From: a virus
Taxonomy: Duplodnaviria; Caudoviricetes
Reading direction: 5' to 3' (one strand)
IMG/VR virus record: IMGVR_UViG_3300021399_000105
Span: 64,001-128,000 of that record
DNA length: 64,000 bases
Made by a program: the position numbers and the translations under genes. The notes below the pieces were generated by a model. The model worked only from the letters and a program-made list of their open reading frames with translations. It had not been told where the DNA came from and did not search any database. Positions 35,360 to 45,720 of the stretch are shown here, one piece after another. The first letter of the stretch is position 1. Each line of letters begins with the position of its first letter.

Positions 35360-35603
35360 TCAACAGAAACAAAAAGCAAAGGAAGATATTATTTCTACTT
35401 TGTTAGACTATATAAAAACAATTAGTTTAAAAATAAAGTGTAGTGAATTGCCAATAAAACAACAACTTGAACAAATGGATGTTATTGTAGAAGTATTCCA
35501 TTTTCTATCTAATTACGACGAAAATGTAGAAGCATTAAAACAGTATTATAGACAAAAGAACACAGATAAAAAAGACATACAGGAAAAGAAAGGTAGAGAT
35601 TAA
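35346..35603 (+). CDS. Small helical protein, paralog of 35889-36146
   Basis: QMDVIVEVFHFLSNYDENVEAL. Confidence 0.6.
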   Translation: MKINNQQKQKAKEDIISTLLDYIKTISLKIKCSELPIKQQLEQMDVIVEVFHFLSNYDENVEALKQYYRQKNTDKKDIQEKKGRD

Positions 35604-35606
35604 AAA

Positions 35607-35828
35607 ATGTCCACAATATCTGAATACGAACAATATTTAGTTCAGAAATTATTAAATTCATTAAAAGGAAGTGCATTATCTGTTAAATCGGTAAATGATA
35701 TGATGATGACACCTCAACAAAGATTAGAAGCACTGGAAGCAATAGGTAAAATGAAGGCTTATATTGAAGCATATGAACAACGTAATATAGTACAAAATAT
35801 AGAACAAAATGACCACATAAATAGATAG
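35607..35828 (+). CDS. Small helical hypothetical protein
   Basis: ORF in the same operon. Confidence 0.55.
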   Translation: MSTISEYEQYLVQKLLNSLKGSALSVKSVNDMMMTPQQRLEALEAIGKMKAYIEAYEQRNIVQNIEQNDHINR

Positions 35829-35903
35829 TGTTATTTTGTACCAGGTTCTAATTTAACAACTTTTTATACGTTAATAATAAAAGTATATATGAAGGAGAAA
35901 AAT

Positions 35904-36146
35904 ATGGATAAAAATGAAGCTATAAACAGACAAAAAGTTATTGATGAAATTACAAGAAAATTAGAGGAAATTGGAAAGCAATTACAACAGGATAAAGATA
36001 TGAATCCACAAGATAAAGCAGTACAAGTAGATGTCATGTTAGATACATTACATTTTCTACAAGATTATGATGAAAATGTAAAAGTATTAAATCAATATTG
36101 GATGGAGAAGAGAAGAAGACAAAAATTTGAACAACCAAATAGATAA
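35904..36146 (+). CDS. Small helical protein, paralog of 35346-35603
   Basis: QVDVMLDTLHFLQDYDENVKVL; SD AAGGAG. Confidence 0.65.
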   Translation: MDKNEAINRQKVIDEITRKLEEIGKQLQQDKDMNPQDKAVQVDVMLDTLHFLQDYDENVKVLNQYWMEKRRRQKFEQPNR

Positions 36147-36152
36147 AAAATT

Positions 36153-36180
36153 AAAGGACTTATAATTAAGTCCTTTTTAT
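36153..36180. terminator. Bidirectional terminator between convergent genes
   Basis: AAAGGACTTA-TAAT-TAAGTCCTTT. Confidence 0.75.
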
Positions 36181-36293
36181 TATCCCTCGTCCTCATTATT
36201 ACAGTAACCACTACATTCTGCTTTATGCTCACAAAATTCACAATCACAATCTTGATAGTTACCTGTTAACCAACAATAATCTGTAGGATACAT
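36180..36293 (-). CDS. 37-aa Cys-rich mini-protein
   Basis: MYPTDYCWLTGNYQDCDCEFCEHKAECSGYCNNEDEG; SD GGAGGTG and TTTACA promoter on the minus strand. Confidence 0.7.
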   Translation of the reverse strand: MYPTDYCWLTGNYQDCDCEFCEHKAECSGYCNNEDEG

Positions 36294-36419
36294 AATTACA
36301 CTAATCACCTCCAATACTATCCGTAATAATATAACATATATTAAATGAATTTGTAAATACTGCAATTACTAACATACCTGTAAAATATTATTAGATTAAA
36401 TATGTGAGGAGATGGTAAA

Positions 36420-36818
36420 GTGTCAGAAGAAGTAATAAACCAAATTATTCAAATATTATTACCAGTATTAGCAACATTTTTAACAGCTGTATTTACATAT
36501 ATTGGTAATAAAATGAAAACGACATATGAACAAAAGGCAAATCAACAGATTACTCAAGAAGTAATAAAAAATGTGGTTAAATATGTAGAACAGGTATACG
36601 TGGATATTAAAGGCCCAGAAAAACTACAAAAAGCTGTAAGTCAAACATCCTCTATATTAGCAGAGAAAGGTATTAAAATTTCTGAAGCAGAAATTACAAT
36701 GTTAATTGAGTCAGCTGTATATGGTTTAAACGAAGGCTTAAAACCTAAGAAAGAAATAGTAGAAGTTGATGAAAAATCAGAAATAGTAGATGCTTCTGAT
36801 ATAACTATAGAAGAATAG
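36420..36818 (+). CDS. Phage holin, LL-H-like family
   Basis: N-terminal TM helix, VKYVEQ, GPEKL..A, IESAV. Confidence 0.8.
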   Translation: MSEEVINQIIQILLPVLATFLTAVFTYIGNKMKTTYEQKANQQITQEVIKNVVKYVEQVYVDIKGPEKLQKAVSQTSSILAEKGIKISEAEITMLIESAVYGLNEGLKPKKEIVEVDEKSEIVDASDITIEE

Positions 36819-36843
36819 GGAAGGATTAAAATTAAAGAGTAGT

Positions 36844-39076
36844 ATGTCAAATATACAACAAAATTTAGAGAATAATAATAATTTAATAGCTAATATTACT
36901 CAAAATGTAAGCAATATTACAAATACTGTAAATAATTTACCTAAGTGGTCTAATACCTACGCTAATGCTACACCTCAAGACATATTAGAAAATAAAACAG
37001 CAGTAGTAGATGGTAAATTAGTAGTAGGAACTAGACCTAATTTAGATAGTATATTAAACATACAGGAAGATACCATTAGTAATATTAGCAATATTACAAA
37101 CAACCTAAAAACTACATTAAATAATGCCTTACCCATAGTATATAATTTTCCATATCGGAATAAAATTTATTGGGTCAGTAAATGTAAACTTAGATTTGAC
37201 AAATTACCGTACTGTTCAAGATATTGATATGTCAAATATGTTTGCATTTTGTTTAGATTGTGTTGTAAATATATCTAATTTACGTACAAATAATTTATCT
37301 GAAACATTTAATGTATTTCACATACAAAGTACAGATATTACATCGTTAGATTTAACTAATTTAAACACAACTAATATAAATTCTTTACACAATTTTATGC
37401 GAGAAGGTCTTTTTGTTCCAAACTTTAATATTCTTGGATTAGACACATTTGATGTATCTAATGTAGTTGACATGAGTAGTATTTTTAATGGTGTACGATG
37501 TACTTATTTGAACAATTCTATAAATTTTCATAGCATAGATAGTTGGGATACTGTTAATGTTACAAATATAAGTGAAGCATTTGCTAGAGCTAATATAGTT
37601 TGTAATGTAAATAATTGGGATACATCTAATGTAATGGATATGCGTTCAACTTTTTACTACGCTAACTTGGAAAATATTGTAGGGTTTAATAGTTGGAATA
37701 CTGTTAATGTTACAAATATGTCTGCAACATTTTTTGGCAGTAATGCTGTTAACTCTAATCTATTAAATCAAATAAAACATTGGAATCTATCTAATGTAGT
37801 TAATATGAGTCAAATGTTTAAGAATGTACACTCTAATATTGAGTCTGTAAATATTCCTTCGTTAAAGTGGAATTTAGTGGATAGAGACTGTGTTAGAATG
37901 TTTGATAAATGCAATAGTATCACACAAGTAAATTTAAGTAACTTGGATTTTATGTACCATAATAGTGTAGGTGCTAATACTAATTTGTTTGAAATGTTTA
38001 GTAACTGCAGTAATTTAACATCAGCTAATTTATCTAAGTTTAATTTACATAAAATGAAATTTTATGGTTCTTGGAATATGTTTAATAATTGTACTAATTT
38101 AACTGATTTAGATATATCAGATATTATAATTAGTTCTATTCCAATTACTAATATTGTGGGGATAAATAGTTTAGTTAAATTAACTAATGTAAACATGAGT
38201 AATTCACGTATGTCTTTACCTAACTTCAACAATAGAATTTATTTAACTTTTGTAAATTGTAATAATATACAAGATAATTCAATGTTAGATATGAGCTATA
38301 TATTTAACGGTTGCTATGGTTTAGTTGATGTATTTGGTTTGGAGTCTTATTTACAACAGGTCAGCTATGTGACTAATATGAATTCATCGTTCCGTAATTG
38401 TCGTAATTTAACCAATTTAAGTTTATCTAATATAACTGTAAATAGTAGTGCAACTTACGGTGGATTAACTTATACATTCTATAATTGTGTGAATTTATCT
38501 AATTTACAACTAAATAATTGGAATATATACAATGTAACTAATACATCTTATACTTTTTGTAACTGTTCATCATTAAATAGTTTAAATTTAAGTACCTGGA
38601 TTACACATAATTTAAATATAACTAGCTATATGTTTAATAATTGTAGAAATTTACAAAATATAGATTTAAATATATCTAGTTTATCTAATTTATATAATAC
38701 ACTTAGAATGTTTAACGCATGTACAAATTTACAGACAGTTAATTTATATAGTTCTGGTGAGCCTCTGAAATTAACTAATTTAAGTACTACTAATTTTATG
38801 TTTTACAATTGTAGTAATTTACAAAATTTAAATTTGGATAATATTACATTAAATAACCGTTTATGTAATATATATCGTATGTTTTATGGATGTAATAATT
38901 TAAGTGATAATAGTATATATAGTTTCTTAAATCTACTTATAAGGTGCAACCAGTATATAAATTGTAATAATATTATGAACACGAATTTATATAGTCCATT
39001 TTATGGAACAAATATTACTAATTCTAGATATGCAAATATAGTAACTAATTTACGTACGGCTGGTTATAATTGTTAA
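36844..39076 (+). CDS. DUF285/BspA-like leucine-rich repeat protein, with +1 shift at CGG 37156 (743 aa)
   Basis: WDTSNVMDMRSTF and MFxNCxNL repeats; FPY|GIKF matches paralog HDGIKF. Confidence 0.8.
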
Positions 39077-39090
39077 TTTGGAGGTATTAA

Positions 39091-39954
39091 ATGAATATAC
39101 AACAAACTTTGGAGAACCACAATAATACGATATCAAATATAAATATACAAGTACAAAATATTTCAAACACAGTAAATAATTTACCCAATTTTGCAAATTC
39201 ATATTTAGCAACAGCTAATGTATCTGATATAAATGAGAATAAAACAGCTTATATAAATGGTGCACAAGTTGTGGGGACGTATGAAAATTTATATGATGAT
39301 ATTACAAATCAGTATATAAATATAACAAATATAAATACTAAAGTTTCGAACATTTATAGTAATTTAGACCCCAATAAATGTATCACTAGTAGTAAACCAA
39401 CTATACATGATGGTATAAAATTTCAATATAGTAGTTCTTGTGATTGGGTATATACTTTTGATACTTATGCTATGACAGACATGGGACAATTATTTATAGG
39501 TTCCACATTTGATAAATTCTCAGTTAAAGGTGGATACGGGGGTTGGGATATATCCAGTGTTATTACCGCTAATATGATGTTTAGGTCGTGTAGAAATCTA
39601 TCAAATGTTTATTTAAATGGTTGGAACTTTTTTCAAATGAGAGACATGAGCTTTATGTTTGATGATTGTACTAATTTGAGATATATAGATATTATACCTG
39701 TTTATACACCCAATAAAGGATTTTATCCTAAACTAACAGATATAACTGGTATGTTTAGAGGATGCAATAATTTATCTAATATATGTATTATAAATATTAT
39801 TACAAATTTAATAGTATTAGCTAATCAAATTCCTACAACATACCGTAATTTAAGTAATACTTTTGCCTATAGTCCATTTAGTGGAACAAATATATCTAAT
39901 ACAGTATATCAATCGTACTGGAATCAATTAAATCAATTGGGTTGGAGTTATTAA
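39091..39954 (+). CDS. DUF285/BspA-like protein, short paralog
   Basis: Shares N-terminus and C-terminus with 36844-39076; WDISSV..MF repeats. Confidence 0.75.
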   Translation: MNIQQTLENHNNTISNINIQVQNISNTVNNLPNFANSYLATANVSDINENKTAYINGAQVVGTYENLYDDITNQYINITNINTKVSNIYSNLDPNKCITSSKPTIHDGIKFQYSSSCDWVYTFDTYAMTDMGQLFIGSTFDKFSVKGGYGGWDISSVITANMMFRSCRNLSNVYLNGWNFFQMRDMSFMFDDCTNLRYIDIIPVYTPNKGFYPKLTDITGMFRGCNNLSNICIINIITNLIVLANQIPTTYRNLSNTFAYSPFSGTNISNTVYQSYWNQLNQLGWSY

Positions 39955-39972
39955 AGGAGTTAATAAATAATT

Positions 39973-41025
39973 ATGAGTGATAAAACAAGATTACAAAATA
40001 ATAATAGAGATTTAAAGATAATTGAAGGTACTTTAGAACAAGTATCGGATGTAATACAAACATTACCAGATGCATCTACATGTACTGCAACGAGTAATGA
40101 TATTATGACTGGAAAAACGGCTGTTAGTAGAGAAGGTTTAGTTGAAGGTGGGTTAACAACCACAAGCGAATCATTATATATTGACTATTTGCCTTACACA
40201 TTATATGCTCCTACAGGAAGTTTATTAGAATCTGTACAGTTAAATCTTGGACAAGTGGATGGGTTGCAACCAGATAATATAAGAGCTGGTGTAAGTATAT
40301 TTGGAGTAGAGGGTACGTTGGAGAGTGGTGGTATAGGTAAACCTTACAACATATATATGTTTGAATCAACAACACAACGTGATAATGATGAGTCCGGTAA
40401 TATTTATTGTGGTGGAGATTTATCGGTAATTAGACGAAATGTAACAACATTTTCTTTTGACCAAAGTGTAAGCTTTTATTGTTTAATGTACTTGCCTAAG
40501 CGATTACAGATGGATGCTTTTATACAATATCCACAGGGAATGGAATCTTATATGATAGGTGGCTGCTGGACTTTTATGAACGCTAGTTGGCATTCGGACC
40601 CCGGTACTGTATCGGAAGTATTTTGGGGTAGTGATAAACATTATCACGTCGATTTAGTACTTAACTTTGAGGTAATGAATCATAGCGGTGGTTATGTTAG
40701 TTTACGTGTATCATATCAAACTGCAAATACTTATGAAACATCTTCTTGGCCTTTAGATGCTACAGATACTATGGAGAGAGTAACTGGAGAACTTTATTGG
40801 GTATTAAGTACGGATGAGGACAATCCAGTACTAATAACTTCTGTAAATGACGACGATTATTTAGGATTACCTTGTTCTATGAGTGCTCAAAGTAGTCAAC
40901 AATTTATGTCTAATTGTTGGTTATATACTTGTGGAATTGGAGGGTACGAATGTGAATATAGTGATTTAGCTGTGTGGGATGTAACAAATCGTAGATGGAA
41001 TACTGTTGCTAACTACTCATATTGA
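39973..41025 (+). CDS. Putative tail-associated/receptor-binding protein
   Basis: N-terminal LQNNN..LP and DIMTGKTA anchor, NIRAGVSIFGVEGT. Confidence 0.55.
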   Translation: MSDKTRLQNNNRDLKIIEGTLEQVSDVIQTLPDASTCTATSNDIMTGKTAVSREGLVEGGLTTTSESLYIDYLPYTLYAPTGSLLESVQLNLGQVDGLQPDNIRAGVSIFGVEGTLESGGIGKPYNIYMFESTTQRDNDESGNIYCGGDLSVIRRNVTTFSFDQSVSFYCLMYLPKRLQMDAFIQYPQGMESYMIGGCWTFMNASWHSDPGTVSEVFWGSDKHYHVDLVLNFEVMNHSGGYVSLRVSYQTANTYETSSWPLDATDTMERVTGELYWVLSTDEDNPVLITSVNDDDYLGLPCSMSAQSSQQFMSNCWLYTCGIGGYECEYSDLAVWDVTNRRWNTVANYSY

Positions 41026-41159
41026 TATTTATGATGATTTGGGAGTATTTTATTATATACAATCTTAATAATAAATTACTCCTTATTTTTATGTCAATTT
41101 GTAAAATATTAGTGTATTAAGTATCGTATTGAATATTACAGTAAGGAGGCTGATAAGCT

Positions 41160-41234
41160 GTGGAGGAGAATGAGGAAATATTAGGTAATGCAGAACTACA
41201 AAGAGAAGAACAAAAAGAGATTGAAAATGAATAA
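41160..41234 (+). CDS. 24-aa acidic peptide upstream of endolysin
   Basis: GTG start after SD AAGGAGG; MEENEEILGNAELQREEQKEIENE. Confidence 0.4.
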   Translation: MEENEEILGNAELQREEQKEIENE

Positions 41235-41256
41235 TTATTAGAGAGGAGAACTAATT

Positions 41257-42252
41257 ATGGCTAAGAGAGGAATAGATATTAGTGCACACCAAGGTAACAT
41301 AGACCTAAATGCTTTAAAGGGTGAAATTGATTTCGTTATTATTAGAGTAGGATATGGTGTAAGTGGTACTATAGATAAATATTTTAAAAGAAATGCTGAC
41401 TTATGTGTTGAATTGGGTATACCTTTTGGATTTTATTGGTATTCTTATGCTTTAGATGAATCTGGAGCTGAATCAGAGGCAAACGCATTTTTAAATGCTA
41501 TAGCACCTTATAAGGACAAATATTCTTATGGTTGTTGGTTTGATATGGAAGATGCAGACAGTTATAAATCTAAACATGGTATGCCTTCAAATCAAACATT
41601 AAGAAATATATGTAATAGATTTTGTACAATAGTACAAAATAATGGTTACTATGTAGGTATTTATGCTAGTTCTAGTTGGTTTAATAACCAATTAAATGGA
41701 GCAGAAATAAGTCCTTTTGATAAGTGGGTAGCACAATGGCCTACAAGTGGTGGACGAGAGAGAGGATTAGATGTTAGTGCTGATGAGAGAACTCAGTATA
41801 ATTTATGGCAGTTTACATCAGCAGCTAGATTTAATAATTATGGAGGAAACTTAGATGCTAATTATGCTTATAGGGATTATCCACAAATTATTAGGGGAGG
41901 ACAACCCGCACCTCAACCAACACCTACACCTGAACCACAATATTCATTTAGGGACTTCGTTGGTGATGTTCAAAGAGCAATTGGAGCTAGAGTTGATAAA
42001 ATACCGGGACCTGAAACGTTATCAAAAACACCTACAGTATCTAAAACTAAAAATAGAAAACATGCTGTTATAAAACCAATACAAAAATATTTATATAGTT
42101 TAGGTTATACAGAGGTAGGAGATGCAGATGGTATAGCTGGAAATAAATTTGAAGTAGCTGTTAAAAATTATCAAAGAGACCATGGATGTGTTGTGGATGG
42201 AGAAATTACTGCTCACAATAAGACTTGGAAAAAATTATTAAAATTAGCTTAA
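41257..42252 (+). CDS. Endolysin, GH25 muramidase + peptidoglycan-binding domain
   Basis: GIDISAHQG, GFYWYSYA, FDMED, LWQFTS, LDAN; PT linker; ADGIAG..AVKNYQ..VDG..TW. Confidence 0.92.
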   Translation: MAKRGIDISAHQGNIDLNALKGEIDFVIIRVGYGVSGTIDKYFKRNADLCVELGIPFGFYWYSYALDESGAESEANAFLNAIAPYKDKYSYGCWFDMEDADSYKSKHGMPSNQTLRNICNRFCTIVQNNGYYVGIYASSSWFNNQLNGAEISPFDKWVAQWPTSGGRERGLDVSADERTQYNLWQFTSAARFNNYGGNLDANYAYRDYPQIIRGGQPAPQPTPTPEPQYSFRDFVGDVQRAIGARVDKIPGPETLSKTPTVSKTKNRKHAVIKPIQKYLYSLGYTEVGDADGIAGNKFEVAVKNYQRDHGCVVDGEITAHNKTWKKLLKLA

Positions 42253-42253
42253 A

Positions 42254-42285
42254 GTATTTACATATTTTTAAACATATATTATAAT
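42254..42285 (+). promoter_or_regulatory. Sigma-A-like promoter
   Basis: GTA-TTTACA-17nt-TATAAT. Confidence 0.65.
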
Positions 42286-42389
42286 TAAATAGTAGGATAT
42301 GTAGTGAGAGATTGTGTATATAATTTACATTATACGTTGTGTACATAGTCTCTTTTTAAATAAAACAGAGGAGGTATGTTATCTATAAT

Positions 42390-43292
42390 ATGGAAGAAAA
42401 ACAAAATATACCTGGAATTCCAAAAAAGTATCAATTTCTAGTAAAGGACTTTTATAAAGGTGCTGATGGTTACTGGGTAATTGATTTACAGGATGGTTAT
42501 ACTGATGGTTGTGGTAATAACTATATATGGGAAAAGAATAAGGCAGATGCTTTAAATATGTTAAAAACAATATATTCAGATTCAACTGAATTAGAAAAGA
42601 GTACAGAGAAGTTAGAAGAGGTATCTAGAAATGAATTAAAGGCAAAAGCAAAAATGCAAACAAAATCGAGATATAAACGTTCAGACGAATATATGGGATT
42701 CACTATAGTAGATATAGATACAACTAGTTTATTAACTACTGGAGCTTTACGTGTAACATGTCGTGTAGGTAAATATTGGGATACAGTGGAGATGGAAAAT
42801 GTATTATGGTGGATACAACTAAAAGCAGAAAATAATAGAGATAGACAGGTTAACAATCATGTAATAAGAGATGCTATATTAGATGCTATAGATGGTATGG
42901 ATATTAAAGTAGACTGTAACTGTGGGGACTTTGTATATAGATTTGCTTATGGCGCAACACAGGGTGGATATAAGTACGGAAAACCCGAAACAAGGCCTGC
43001 TAAAATAACAAATCCAAATAATTATGGAAGCATGTGTAAACATTTAATAGCAATGTTACGTGATAAAAAGTGGCTACAACAAGTAGCTGCTCCAGTAATG
43101 GATTGGTTTGAAAAAAGAGTAGATGAAGTTAATAGATGGCTAAAAGTAAAGGACGGAGAAGAATTAACTCTACCTAATGAAGTAGCTAGAAAATTAGGTA
43201 AACAAGGTGCTTATGCTAAAATATTTAAAAACTCTGATAATGATAATACAGAAGAAGAACAAAACGATAACGAATCAGAAACAGATAACTAA
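42390..43292 (+). CDS. SWIM-like zinc-finger protein
   Basis: VDCNCGDFVYR...MCKHL. Confidence 0.6.
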   Translation: MEEKQNIPGIPKKYQFLVKDFYKGADGYWVIDLQDGYTDGCGNNYIWEKNKADALNMLKTIYSDSTELEKSTEKLEEVSRNELKAKAKMQTKSRYKRSDEYMGFTIVDIDTTSLLTTGALRVTCRVGKYWDTVEMENVLWWIQLKAENNRDRQVNNHVIRDAILDAIDGMDIKVDCNCGDFVYRFAYGATQGGYKYGKPETRPAKITNPNNYGSMCKHLIAMLRDKKWLQQVAAPVMDWFEKRVDEVNRWLKVKDGEELTLPNEVARKLGKQGAYAKIFKNSDNDNTEEEQNDNESETDN

Positions 43293-43324
43293 AATATTAA
43301 CGTAAGGAGGTTACAAATTAAGAC

Positions 43325-44185
43325 ATGAAATTTACTTTAGTAGAAGGTTTAAGTCAAAGTCAAAAGGACTTGGAAAAATTAAGTAACATATTAGTCAAGA
43401 AATTTCCAGATTTACAGATATCAGATGTTATTGATAGTAAATACGGTATGGTAAGAGTACAACTAACTTACAATAAACATAAACAAAATTTATTTTGGGT
43501 AGGTCATAATGAATATGCTTTGGGAGATAGGTATAGTAGTTATACTGGAGATACTAAAGACATTGTTAAGTATTTAGAAACAAATTTCAATAAACTTTTT
43601 AATGTAAAAGTTGAATGTTTACATGAAGCTGCTAATTCTAATATATTAAACTATAGTAAAGGACAACAGTATTCTGCAACATACATTGATAGTAAAGGTG
43701 ATACTTACAACGAAGTGTTTACACCAGACCATGATATGAATATTGTACAAGTTATATCTTATCTAAAAAATAATTTTGATAATTTCTTTAAGTTAATCAG
43801 TATTATTGAATACATTCCTGAATCAGTTGACAAATATAAAGAATTACGAAAAATATTAAATGAAGATGATTCTACAGCAGATGATTATGAATTGCCAAAT
43901 GATAGACAACAGTTTGAACAATTTGTAAAAGATACTACAGCTAAATGGACAGTAAGTGAATTTATTAAGTTGTTTAGAACATCAAAACAAAATAGTCATA
44001 ATGAATGGGGTACATATATTTATTGTTATGATTATCTAGATGAAAATGGTAATTTCGTAAATGGATACAATACTTATATTCCATATGATAGTAGTTCTAA
44101 GTTTGTAACAAATTTAATAGCACAAGAGATGGATATAATAGATGATATCTATGCACAACAAGAAAATATTGTAGTACAAAAGTAG
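43325..44185 (+). CDS. Modular hypothetical protein, putative head-internal protein
   Basis: ORF with SD; short segments ending in LxE. Confidence 0.5.
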   Translation: MKFTLVEGLSQSQKDLEKLSNILVKKFPDLQISDVIDSKYGMVRVQLTYNKHKQNLFWVGHNEYALGDRYSSYTGDTKDIVKYLETNFNKLFNVKVECLHEAANSNILNYSKGQQYSATYIDSKGDTYNEVFTPDHDMNIVQVISYLKNNFDNFFKLISIIEYIPESVDKYKELRKILNEDDSTADDYELPNDRQQFEQFVKDTTAKWTVSEFIKLFRTSKQNSHNEWGTYIYCYDYLDENGNFVNGYNTYIPYDSSSKFVTNLIAQEMDIIDDIYAQQENIVVQK

Positions 44186-44201
44186 TGGAGGTAAACAATA
44201 T

Positions 44202-44723
44202 ATGGCAGATGTATATTTAAAAGCTAATCCTTATGAAGTTATAAATAAAGACGACTTAATTATGTTAGATACTAAAACTGGATACGTAGCTAAAAGTAAG
44301 TGTACTAATTATGGAGAATATCAAGTAAATTCCAATTTAATTTTAGGCGTTTGTATAAACAGTAACAATGACTTCCAAAAAGTCGTTAAAATGGATTGTG
44401 GTACGTCTAGGACAGAAACTAAATACACAGTAATAGATGGTGGTATCAGTAACTCACAATATGAAGATACAAATGTTATTGATGGAAAAGATTCTACAAT
44501 ACCAGAATTTGAGAAGATTGAAGTACAAAGTGACGGTATTTGTGATTGTCAGTATAATGGTAATATGTGCTTAGGTAATTTACTATGTATGAGTCCATAT
44601 GATGAAGGTAAAGTAATTAGTAATCAATTTATGGGTAGAGAATTTATAACAACTAGAACAATAGGAAAAGCTATAGAAATTCTTGAAGATAATAAAGTAA
44701 AAATTTTGTTAAATATAAAGTAG
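44202..44723 (+). CDS. Stand-alone chaperone-like beta domain, paralog of 53160-53528
   Basis: ILGVC..IEV..G..C..TIGKAI..KVKILLNIK. Confidence 0.55.
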   Translation: MADVYLKANPYEVINKDDLIMLDTKTGYVAKSKCTNYGEYQVNSNLILGVCINSNNDFQKVVKMDCGTSRTETKYTVIDGGISNSQYEDTNVIDGKDSTIPEFEKIEVQSDGICDCQYNGNMCLGNLLCMSPYDEGKVISNQFMGREFITTRTIGKAIEILEDNKVKILLNIK

Positions 44724-44733
44724 GGAGGTATAT

Positions 44734-45690
44734 ATGAATCAAAAAGATAAACTTTTAGAAAGTTTAGTAACTAAACTTATAGAAAGTGATAATGAACAAC
44801 ACGAAAAAACTTTTGGTAAATGGCGTGTAGTTGTAGAACCTAGTAAATTTAATGATAGTAAACTAGCAGCTAAATTTTATGATGTAAGTGACGAATTAAA
44901 GTTTGGGCCTGAAGGACAATATACAGGAGCTAGTTATTATGTAGATGACTTAGTTTACGGAGATGATATAAATAAATCTATAAAAGATGCACCTTATTTA
45001 CAATTAAAATTAGGTACAAATTGGATAGTAGAAAAAGATATATTGAATCAGATATATTCATGGTTAAAACAGTTTGCACAAGAACCTAAAACAGAAGGTA
45101 TACAAGAAGATAGATTACATCAAGCTATAGAACGTTTTAAGAACTTAGGTTATACTTTATATAAAGAAGATAGTAAGTATACTGCTTTACTAAAATCTGG
45201 AGATGAACCAGTTTTAGCTTTATTTTATGGTAAGTCTTCTAAGCCAAGATTTCATTACAAGTTTAAGAATATGGAAGAATTGGATGATTACTTAAATAAT
45301 TATATAAATGAACAAAATGGTATAGAGCAGTGGAAAGCAGATAGAAAAGCACAAAGAAAATTAACAAAAGACCACGATATAAAAGTTGGAGATATTTTTT
45401 ACACATATTGGGGATATGACCAAACTAATAGTGAATTTTACGAAGTTGTAAATGTAAGAGGTAGTAAAATTGATTTAAAAGAGATTACCAATTCTATAGA
45501 TACATCAAATTCAGGTTGGGGACAAGATGAAATTAGTCCTGTACCGGGTAGTTATGTAGATGATGTTATTCATACAGTGTCTGCTAGAGCAGATGGTACT
45601 GTAACAAATTTAGATGGTGAAAGTTTCTTACATTTAACAAAGTGGAATGGTAAACCAATTAGTGTAACTGCTTCTGGATGGGGACACTAA
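44734..45690 (+). CDS. Modular protein with MNQKDK leader
   Basis: MNQKDKLLE, KTE linker, C-terminal VGDIFYTYWGYDQTN.EFYEV module. Confidence 0.65.
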   Translation: MNQKDKLLESLVTKLIESDNEQHEKTFGKWRVVVEPSKFNDSKLAAKFYDVSDELKFGPEGQYTGASYYVDDLVYGDDINKSIKDAPYLQLKLGTNWIVEKDILNQIYSWLKQFAQEPKTEGIQEDRLHQAIERFKNLGYTLYKEDSKYTALLKSGDEPVLALFYGKSSKPRFHYKFKNMEELDDYLNNYINEQNGIEQWKADRKAQRKLTKDHDIKVGDIFYTYWGYDQTNSEFYEVVNVRGSKIDLKEITNSIDTSNSGWGQDEISPVPGSYVDDVIHTVSARADGTVTNLDGESFLHLTKWNGKPISVTASGWGH

Positions 45691-45720
45691 ACAAAAAAAA
45701 TTAAATAGGAGGTATTTTAA

